From contig NZ_CP019964.1 of NCBI RefSeq assembly GCF_002214165.1, forward strand, positions 870,001-902,000: 32,000 nt of DNA, given 5' to 3'. Shown here one piece after another: positions 1 through 7,500 of the stretch (its first letter is position 1; each line of letters opens with the position of its first letter). Under the pieces are notes generated by a model. The model worked only from the letters and a program-made list of their open reading frames with translations. It made no database searches and was not told the origin of the DNA. Position numbers and translations under genes: made by a program. Source of the DNA: Candidatus Saccharimonadota bacterium. Lineage in GTDB: Archaea > Micrarchaeota > Micrarchaeia > Micrarchaeales > Micrarchaeaceae.

Positions 1-1
1 C

Positions 2-130
2 GCAAAAGGTGGAAATGCGATCTCGGTTTCCCGTGAAACAGGGATACCTATAATGATGTTTGGTGTTGGGGAGGGATATACAGATATAGCAAGTTATGAC
101 CCTAATATAATACTTGATTCTATGACTTGA
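2..130 (+). CDS. ftsY: Signal recognition particle receptor FtsY, C-terminal end (5' partial)
   Basis: Frame 2 is open from the left edge: AKGGNAISVSRETGIPIMMFGVGEGYTDIASYDPNIILDSMT*. This matches the conserved end of the SRP-GTPase G domain (GG..S.....G.PI.F.G.GE...D...F). The protein stops right after the G domain, as FtsY does; SRP54 would continue into an M domain. Confidence 0.6.
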   Translation, partial: AKGGNAISVSRETGIPIMMFGVGEGYTDIASYDPNIILDSMT

Positions 131-341
131 CCTGATTTTACATGTTATTAGAAATTCACATTTTATAGCTATTTACCTTCTTGCTCTCTCTTAATAAATA
201 TATTTATAAGCTTATAATCCCTATTATTTCTGATTGTTTGTTGATGTGCAAATGATTAATGACTAACGTATGCAGATGCACTTTAATCGGGGTATAATGA
301 GGTCGAGTTAAGGCTTGGACAAATAACTTTAAGGCGGGAAT

Positions 342-1781
342 ATGGACAATGACAATAATGAAAATAATAATTTGGACAAAGGCAAAGAAGACCAGTTGGC
401 CCAAGAAGGCGATTCTGAATTGAAAAATGATGATGATAAAAAATCGGATGCAATGGAGAACCGGCTTACCGCAGATGAAACCTTAATAGAGGACAAGATA
501 CTTGAGATGCTTATAGGTAAATTCTCTAATATAGACAAGCAGAGTGAAAAATTTGGGCTTGTTGAGGGGGCTGCAAAATCTGTAAAGCCGGACATATCGG
601 ATGAATTGATAAAGAAAATCTACGATGACATAACATATATAGGAAAGATAGAGGAGCTTGTTACAAACGATGATATAGAGGATATAGCAGTAAACAACAC
701 AATAGGGATCTTTGCTTATTTTTCAGGAGGTAGATCGGTGAACATGGATTACAAGTTCAAGACTAAAGTCGAACTTGCGAGATTTGTAAAGAAAATAAGG
801 CTTTATTCCACAAATGAAGAGGCGAATGGCAACATAATAGACGTTCATATGGAGAATGGCAGCAGAGCGAACATAATAAGCTCGCCTAGGGGATATGATA
901 TCACAATAAGAAATTTTAAAAAGCACACTCTGAGTGTGCTTGACCTAGTAAATTTTGGAGAGTTTGATTACAGCATTGCGGCTAGGTTATGGCTTTATAT
1001 GGACGGCTTAAAGGTAAAGCCTGCAAACATATTGATAGCAGGCATGCCTTCTTCAGGAAAGACGAGCTTGCTGAATTCGCTTTTCTCGTTTATAAGGCCT
1101 AATGAAAGGGTCATAACTATGGAGGAGACGTACGAGCTTGATACCTCCATGGCAAATAATGTCGTAAACCTTGAAACTAGCCAGGATATGCCAATGAGGG
1201 AGCTTGTGAAAAATTCTTTGAGGATGAGGCCAGACATGATGATAATAGGGGAGGTAAGAGGTCCGGAAGCAAATGACATGATTACCGCAATGAATGTAGG
1301 AAACATATGCCTCGGAACTATACATGCAACCTCATCCAGGGATATCATAGACAGGCTTGAGAATTCTCCGATGAATGTGCCGCAGGGTGTCATACCTACA
1401 ATAGATGCCCTTATGGTACTCTCACAGGTCTATATAAATGGCAAACCGATAAGAAAAATAATACAAATGTCGGAGATATCAGGCATAGAGACAAAGATAC
1501 TGCTTTCAGACCTTTATAAATATGATTATAAGTCTCATACGTCATCTCCTATATTGCCGAGTGTAACATACAGGGATAGGCTTGCAAAAGCGGTAGGTGT
1601 ACCTCCTCCCGATATATTGGCAGAGGAAAATGTAAGAATGCAGATATTGATGCAGCTTAACAGGTTGGGTATAAGGGACATAAAGAGCATAAGCCAAGTA
1701 GTGCAAGATTACTATGATAATCCCGATGCTTTGCTTGCAAAGATAGGCTTGAACGGGCTTCACCCTATAATAAGGGTATGA
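342..1781 (+). CDS. Type II/IV secretion-family ATPase (archaeal FlaI/PilB/VirB11-like, T2SSE) with acidic low-complexity N-terminus
   Basis: 479-aa ORF. Walker A GMPSSGKTSLLNSL, Asp box ITMEETYEL, Walker B MRPDMMIIGEVRGPEA, His box GTIHATS. The N-terminal ~45 aa are D/E/N/K-rich. Confidence 0.85.
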   Translation: MDNDNNENNNLDKGKEDQLAQEGDSELKNDDDKKSDAMENRLTADETLIEDKILEMLIGKFSNIDKQSEKFGLVEGAAKSVKPDISDELIKKIYDDITYIGKIEELVTNDDIEDIAVNNTIGIFAYFSGGRSVNMDYKFKTKVELARFVKKIRLYSTNEEANGNIIDVHMENGSRANIISSPRGYDITIRNFKKHTLSVLDLVNFGEFDYSIAARLWLYMDGLKVKPANILIAGMPSSGKTSLLNSLFSFIRPNERVITMEETYELDTSMANNVVNLETSQDMPMRELVKNSLRMRPDMMIIGEVRGPEANDMITAMNVGNICLGTIHATSSRDIIDRLENSPMNVPQGVIPTIDALMVLSQVYINGKPIRKIIQMSEISGIETKILLSDLYKYDYKSHTSSPILPSVTYRDRLAKAVGVPPPDILAEENVRMQILMQLNRLGIRDIKSISQVVQDYYDNPDALLAKIGLNGLHPIIRV

Positions 1782-1800
1782 ATTATAAAATTAGGTTTGT

Positions 1801-2142
1801 TCATAGACTGGATTCTGGCCCCTTGCCATTATCCAATGCCTCTTCTTTTCTGTAGTCCAATAAGTTGTATATATTGCTTATGGATTCGGCTATCTTGCTT
1901 CCTTTTTCAGTAAGTTTTACTATTTTGTTCTTTCCATGCTTCTCTCCGACAACTAGGTTCTGCCTTTCGCATTCCAATACGAAATTGCATGTATGGACAT
2001 ATGTTGTATTTGATTCCTTAGACAGGGCGTCTATGCTCCAGTCTCGCTGCCCGTCCTTCAATAGCAATAATAGTATACGTGATTGTTTGTCCTTCAGTAT
2101 TAAAGTTTGATCGCCTTTCATAAATACACCTTGTTTATTCAT
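1801..2142 (-). CDS. Small winged-helix transcriptional regulator (putative)
   Basis: 113-aa ORF. The segment ILLLLLKDGQRDWSIDALSKESNTTYVHTCNFVLECERQNLVVGEKHGKNKIVKLTEKG has the helix-turn-helix plus beta-wing pattern of ArsR/MarR-like wHTH proteins. Convergent with the ATPase gene, 19 nt apart. Confidence 0.5.
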   Translation of the reverse strand: MNKQGVFMKGDQTLILKDKQSRILLLLLKDGQRDWSIDALSKESNTTYVHTCNFVLECERQNLVVGEKHGKNKIVKLTEKGSKIAESISNIYNLLDYRKEEALDNGKGPESSL

Positions 2143-2345
2143 AATATTAATATCAAGATTAAATACTTAATGATTGCCCTTGAATTTCACCTGAAAGCCC
2201 GTTATATTTAAATCGGCTGCGGTTATGATAAGACTTTTTACATAGAAAAACTATTTAAATTATTACTTTTTGCAAATTGGGTGATACCGATATAATATAT
2301 ATTATTAAACTTATTGTAAGATAATATTATTAGGAAGGTGTAAAC

Positions 2346-2600
2346 ATGGTAAAATTTATAATAGGAAGGCAGTTAGTCGGCAAAAAAGTTATCACAACTG
2401 ACGGTTTTGACCTTGGGGAGTTCGTAGATGCAGATTTCAGTCCAGTCACAGGCAAGATAAATGCAATACTGGTTGAGCCAGATCCAGAAAGCAGTGTAGC
2501 GACAAAGATGGATACAGATGATGACGGAAAGATAAAGGTCCCCTATGCTGCTGTGCACTCTGTCAACGATTACATAATGGTAGATAGAAGAGAGATGTAA
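2346..2600 (+). CDS. PRC-barrel domain protein (small, stand-alone)
   Basis: 84-aa ORF. LVGKKVITTDGFDLGEFVDADFSPVTGKINAILVEP is the typical PRC-barrel signature (L.GK.V....G..LG.V.D...D...G.I..L.V). GGAAGGTG Shine-Dalgarno motif lies upstream of the ATG. Confidence 0.7.
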   Translation: MVKFIIGRQLVGKKVITTDGFDLGEFVDADFSPVTGKINAILVEPDPESSVATKMDTDDDGKIKVPYAAVHSVNDYIMVDRREM

Positions 2601-2602
2601 GC

Positions 2603-3307
2603 GTGATTATAATCGGAGGGGGGGACGAGGCCGGAAGGGGCCCTCTCATAGGCCCTCTGATCTTGTCCTTAGTTTTGATAAAGTCGTCCGCAAGCATTAA
2701 GCTCTCTGGGATAGGTGTCAGGGACTCGAAGATGCTGAGCAGGAAAAAGAGGGATCTGCTATACAACCAGATAAAGGATATTGCCTTTGATATAAAAGTT
2801 GACAGCATAGAAGCGGAAGAGATAAACAACGCGATGAAAAGCAATATCTCTTTGAATGAACTTGAAGCGGTGCACTTTGCAAAGCTTTTCGATTCCGTAT
2901 CTGATGATACGTTCGTATCAAAGGTGTACTTGGATTCCCCTGACAGGATAGCGGAGAAATTTGGCATAAGGTTCAGCGCTTCCTCGTACAAGAATACCGT
3001 TGTGCAGAATGCGAAGCAAAGCACTAAGAAAGGCGTAAAGTACACAAAGATCATTGCAGAGCACAAGGCGGATGTCAAGTACCCTGTAGTATCTGCCGCC
3101 AGCATAATAGCAAAAGTGACGCGTGACATTGCGATGGATGAGATCTCAAGTTCATTAGGTATAGACCTTGGATCAGGATACCCATCGGACCACAAAGCTA
3201 TAGACAACCTTAGGGAGAATCTGTCAAACAAAGAGCTTTCTAAATACGTGAGGACCCAATGGAGCACTATGAAGACAATAAGGCAGATGAAGCTCAGGAA
3301 TTTCTAG
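2603..3307 (+). CDS. rnhB: Ribonuclease HII
   Basis: 234-aa ORF with a GTG start 2 nt after the PRC-barrel stop. Motifs: GGGDEAGRGPLIGPL (DEAGRG catalytic motif), DSKML, HKADVKYPVVSAASIIAKV, GSGYPSD. Confidence 0.9.
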   Translation: MIIIGGGDEAGRGPLIGPLILSLVLIKSSASIKLSGIGVRDSKMLSRKKRDLLYNQIKDIAFDIKVDSIEAEEINNAMKSNISLNELEAVHFAKLFDSVSDDTFVSKVYLDSPDRIAEKFGIRFSASSYKNTVVQNAKQSTKKGVKYTKIIAEHKADVKYPVVSAASIIAKVTRDIAMDEISSSLGIDLGSGYPSDHKAIDNLRENLSNKELSKYVRTQWSTMKTIRQMKLRNF

Positions 3308-3337
3308 TTCTATTATATTTTGTTTACGATTAAGTAG

Positions 3338-3345
3338 TTATTTTA
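3338..3345 (+). promoter_or_regulatory. TATA-like box (TTATTTTA) for the tRNA-Arg gene
   Basis: AT-rich octamer centred about 27-29 nt upstream of tRNA position 1 (3371), the usual archaeal TATA-to-TSS spacing. Confidence 0.4.
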
Positions 3346-3370
3346 AGCTTAAGCGAACAAAGAGTTATGA

Positions 3371-3478
3371 GGATCTGTGGCGCAACTTGGATAGCGCGCA
3401 TGGCTTCGGACCATGTGGTTGCGGGTTCAAAATACTAAGAGGGAGAATACCTCAGGCATGGAACTCCCGCCAGATCCG
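3371..3478 (+). tRNA. tRNA-Arg (anticodon UCG) with a 33-nt intron in the T loop (position 59/60)
   Basis: Hand-folded cloverleaf. Acceptor GGATCTG/CAGATCC plus discriminator G. D arm GCGC-AACTTGGATA-GCGC. Anticodon arm CATGG-CTTCGGA-CCATG. Variable loop TGGTT. T stem GCGGG(3421-3425)/CCCGC(3466-3470), separated by 40 nt instead of 7. BHB: central helix TTCA(3426-3429):TGGA(3459-3462), bulges AAA(3430-3432) and ACT(3463-3465). Removing 3432-3464 gives T loop TTCAAAT. CC but not CCA is encoded after the discriminator. Confidence 0.85.
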
Positions 3479-3480
3479 CC

Positions 3481-4014
3481 TTAATTACATACAAAGTTTG
3501 CTCCCTCACTGATTCCATAATCTGGTTGTGTAAATGTATATGGATTGCTAGAACTAGAATAACTGCCTGTCCACCCAGAAAAGTGCCAGGCGTACAAATC
3601 CAAAAATCCGCAGCGCCCCCCAGGAGTTGCTGATATTTTTACATTAGAACCATAGTTTTCTCCTATTGTGCCTGAAGGGCTCACGCTGCCAGTTCCCTTA
3701 TTTACATATATATAATCGGATTCAGGGTTGGGGTTAAAGTGTGCAGTTTCGCGTATGTTGCCGTTAATTGTTGGATATGCAGGATTATTGTAACCTGAGT
3801 AGCAGCCGCTGCCGTTTATATTGCTGCAGGACCAGCCGGCAAAATAGTAGCCATAACCGGCGGATTCGGATATCCCTGGGCTACTGCCATCTTGGTAATC
3901 GTTGGTGCCTGAAGGGCTCACGCTGCCTGATCCACTGGCACTTACAGTCAATGGTGCCACAGTATTAAATTCCACGCCTGCATTACCACAGCTACCGCCT
4001 CCTGCCCCATCCCC
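3481..4014 (-). pseudogene. Orphan duplicated 3' end of the giant surface-protein gene (last 178 codons plus native TAA stop)
   Basis: Encodes GDGAGGGSCGNAGVEF...GANFVCN*, identical to residues upstream of the frameshifted tail of 3992..9325. It is out of frame with the main ORF because the unit is 535 bp. The only in-frame Met (4053, MESVREQTLYVIF) lies in an alternative frame of copy B with no obvious Shine-Dalgarno motif. Confidence 0.6.
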
Positions 4015-4553
4015 AAATATTACATACAAAGTTTGCTCCCTCACTGATTCCATAATCTGGTTGTGTAAATGTATATGGATTGCTAGAACTAGAATAACTG
4101 CCTGTCCACCCAGAAAAGTGCCAGGCGTACAAATCCAAAAATCCGCAGCGCCCCCCAGGAGTTGCTGATATTTTTACATTAGAACCATAGTTTTCTCCTA
4201 TTGTGCCTGAAGGGCTCACGCTGCCAGTTCCCTTATTTACATATATATAATCGGATTCAGGGTTGGGGTTAAAGTGTGCAGTTTCGCGTATGTTGCCGTT
4301 AATTGTTGGATATGCAGGATTATTGTAACCTGAGTAGCAGCCGCTGCCGTTTATATTGCTGCAGGACCAGCCGGCAAAATAGTAGCCATAACCGGCGGAT
4401 TCGGATATCCCTGGGCTACTGCCATCTTGGTAATCGTTGGTGCCTGAAGGGCTCACGCTGCCTGATCCACTGGCACTTACAGTCAATGGTGCCACAGTAT
4501 TAAATTCCACGCCTGCATTACCACAGCTACCGCCTCCTGCCCCATCCCCAAAT
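3484..4553. repeat. Exact tandem direct duplication, 2 x 535 bp (copy A 3484-4018, copy B 4019-4553)
   Basis: Base-by-base reading of the two copies found no mismatch. Flanks differ at 3483 vs 4018 and at 4019 vs 4554. Two pairs of ORF-track peptides are identical (3768..3968 vs 4303..4503, and the shared 178 aa GDGAGGG...GANFVCN). 535 is not a multiple of 3. Confidence 0.9.
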
Positions 4554-7500
4554 TCTACTTCGTAATTCTGTTCTGGCAGATTATCTATACCTATGAAAGT
4601 ATAACACCTACCATTAGTTCCTTGCCCAAAATAGGTATCACCATTCGAAAGCCCAACAAGTGTTCCGTGTGCAGCCCCTGAATTTCCTCCTGCTACCCAC
4701 TCATTGAGATTACCACCTGTCCAATAGCATTCTCCTGTATAGGATGTTTGATAAGCACCAGTGCTGTAAGAGTAGCCATTGCAATCAGGTATTGACTCGT
4801 AATCCGCGGTTTCGGTTATTGGGCCGTCCATATATATTGTCGTTGAAGTAGCGGATCCGCTGTAGCTCCCTGTACCGCTTCCAGACCAACCCGTAAACTC
4901 ATATCCAAGGCCAGTCGATTCCGATATTGAAACTCCCTGCCCCGTACTGTAATCACAGTAAGTCCCAGCGCCAGGAGATATGCTCCCTGCAGAACTTGAA
5001 GGGGAAATTGCCATTGTAAGGCAGACATCGTAAAGGGCAGTCTCTGTAACACTGCCGGTTATTGTTATAGTTGCTGATGAATCCGTGCCCCCGTAGCAAT
5101 CATTGCCTGTGCAAGTCCAGCTTGTGAATGAGTAACCGGAACTTGGAGATTCTGAAAATGAAACAGTGCTTCCATAACTATACGTGTATGTGCCACTGCC
5201 ACCACTTGGATTGGTGATACTTCCTCCTGCAGACGGATTTGTGCTTATAGTGAAAGATTCTGGTATAAGCTTGAAGTTTGCATCTTCTGTCATTGGATTA
5301 TCCATCGTAAGTGTGTAAGAGGAATCCGTGCCGTCATAGCAGTTTGTTCCGCTGCAGGTCCAGCCTGTAAACTCATAACCAGTCGACGGGCTAGCAGATA
5401 TTCCCACATTAGTTCCATACGGCACACATTCGCTACCTGGTGATACACTGCCACTTCCGCTTGATACTCCCATTGTAAGGCAGACATCAAAGTTTGCCTG
5501 CTCTGTCATTGGATTATCCATCGTAAGTGTGTAAGAGGAATCCGTGCCCCCGTAGCAGTTTGTTCCGCTGCAGGTCCAGCCTGTAAACTCATAACCTGAA
5601 TTTGTGGATTCTGAGATAGTGACCTGTGATCCATACAATTCTTGGTATGATCCGGAGCTTGGGGATATGCTTCCTGCATTAGAGTCTGAAATAGACATTG
5701 TCAAACCTATCCCATAATTAGCAGTCTCAGTTATTGGATTACCCATAGTTACTGTTATGGATGATGAATCTGCACTAGAACATCCATCCCCATTGCAGGT
5801 CCAGCCTGTGAATGTATATCCAGGGTTTGATGACTCTGTGATAGTGACTTGTGAATCATAAGCGTAATAACCGCTGTTAGGTGATACGGATCCTCCGGAA
5901 GACGGGTATGTATTTGTGGTTAAGTATACACCAAAGTTTGCCTGCTCTGTAACCTTGCTTGTCATGGTTATGGTTGGAGAGGGATCGGTGCCTGTATAAC
6001 TTGCAGAACCTGTCCCTGTCCAGCTAGTAAACTCGTATCCAGAATTGCTTGATTCTGACAAAGGCACCTGGGTACCGTAATTATAAGTATAGGTTCCTGT
6101 GCTTGGGCCTGTGCTTCCTCCAACGGATGGGTATGATTCAATAGTAAGGGTTTCTGGTATAAGCTTGAAGTTTGCAGTTTCTGTCGTCGGTCCCCCTATT
6201 GTAAATGAAGGAGATGTGCTTGTGCCAGAATAGCAGTTTATGCCGCTGCAGGTCCAATTCACAAATTCATATCCAACAGTATTATTGTCTTCGGATAACG
6301 AAATTGAATCACCGCTTGCCACTGAATAAGCTCCTGAAGATGTAGTAGAGCCGCCTGGTGATGCAGTTGCGGTTCCATCTCCTGAAGGGTTTACATTTAA
6401 TGTCAATATTACATTATAGTTTGCAACTTCGGTTACATTTGAATCTATTGTTACACTAGCTGATGTGCTTGCACCTGTATAACTTCCACTTCCGGTGCCT
6501 GTCCATTCCGTGAATGAATACCCCGAATTTTCAACTTCTGATATCGGGATTGAATCGCCATCGGGCTCATAGTAAGTTGCTATTGTAGAGGTAGATCCAC
6601 CCGGAGATGCAGTTGCGGTTCCTGAATTCTCTGAATGTACTTTTAGGGTAAACGGCGCTGTATTGTTGAGCTTTGCCGTGGCATTTCCCCCTGAACCTCC
6701 ACCACTCCCATCCGTAAGGCTTAGATAGTAGTTTTGCAAAGGAAGTGAATTCATTGTATTATACTGCAGATAGGTACTTGTTCCACTCTCTTCTAAGTAA
6801 TTCGCGCCGTTGCTCCCGTTCACGTAAACATGTGAATAATCTGAATCTCCTCCTCCAGTATATAGAGATAGATCGCCTCCCGTCCAATAGCATTCTCCAT
6901 GAACAGTTGTTGGATAGTCTGATGTTGACAATATATAGTTGTTGCAGGATTGCAACGTGTAAAAGTTTGCAGTTTCTATTATAGGGGATTCAATAATAAC
7001 GGAAGTCTTGTTTGTCTCTCCTGTATAACTTCCAGTGCCGACACCTGCCCAGTCTGAAAATCCATATTTGGTATAAGCATTGGCATTAATGTTTACCGTA
7101 GTGCCATAAGGATATGCATTGGACTCGTTATTGGTTGTTAAGTTGCCGGCATCAGAAGCAGTCCCATCTCCTACAGGGTTTACATATACTTTCAAGTAAA
7201 TATAATAGAGGGCAGTTTCTGTGAATGGGACCGATGGCACTGTCATGGTGAATGAAGCGCTGGTGCTCTTCTCGTATCCGGTCCAGTTTATAAACTCGTA
7301 TCCAGAGTTTGGAGATTCGGACAAGGTTATTGATGATGTAGGGTCATACCAGCCGCTACCTGGAAGCAATGATAGTGCACCACCTTCAGGGGATGATAAT
7401 TCGTTCAAGTATACATCGTAGTTTGCCTGCTCGGTGAATGGGACCGATGGCACTGTCATGGTGAATGATGAAGAGGAATTTTTCTCGTAGCCGGTCCAGT

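Noticed and set aside
229-290. TGATGT/CTGA motifs and a GTGCA…TGCAC inverted repeat in the ftsY-ATPase spacer as a possible sRNA
   Set aside because: The motif order and spacing do not fit C/D or H/ACA architecture. The stem is only 5 bp, so this is most simply promoter or 5' UTR sequence.
2618-2624. G7 homopolymer near the 5' end of rnhB as a slippage or phase-variation site
   Set aside because: The reading frame through it encodes the expected GGGDEAGRG catalytic region. There is no evidence of a frameshift, and a single tract is not enough to claim phase variation.
2563-3267. 234-aa antisense ORF opposite rnhB
   Set aside because: This is a shadow ORF of the well-supported RNase HII frame and has no recognisable motifs.
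3481-4053. 190-aa ORF (MESVREQTLYVIFGDGAGGG…FVCN) listed in the ORF track as a possible independent gene
   Set aside because: Its last 178 codons are an exact copy of the giant gene's C-terminus, created by the 535-bp tandem duplication. The 12 N-terminal residues come from an alternative frame of copy B. I see no Shine-Dalgarno motif or promoter, so I treat it as a duplication-derived fragment rather than a gene.
3484-4553. Diversity-generating retroelement (template/variable repeat pair) as an explanation for the duplicated 3' end of a surface-protein gene
   Set aside because: The two copies are 100 percent identical, with no adenine-specific differences. They are directly tandem, and no reverse transcriptase gene is present in the window.
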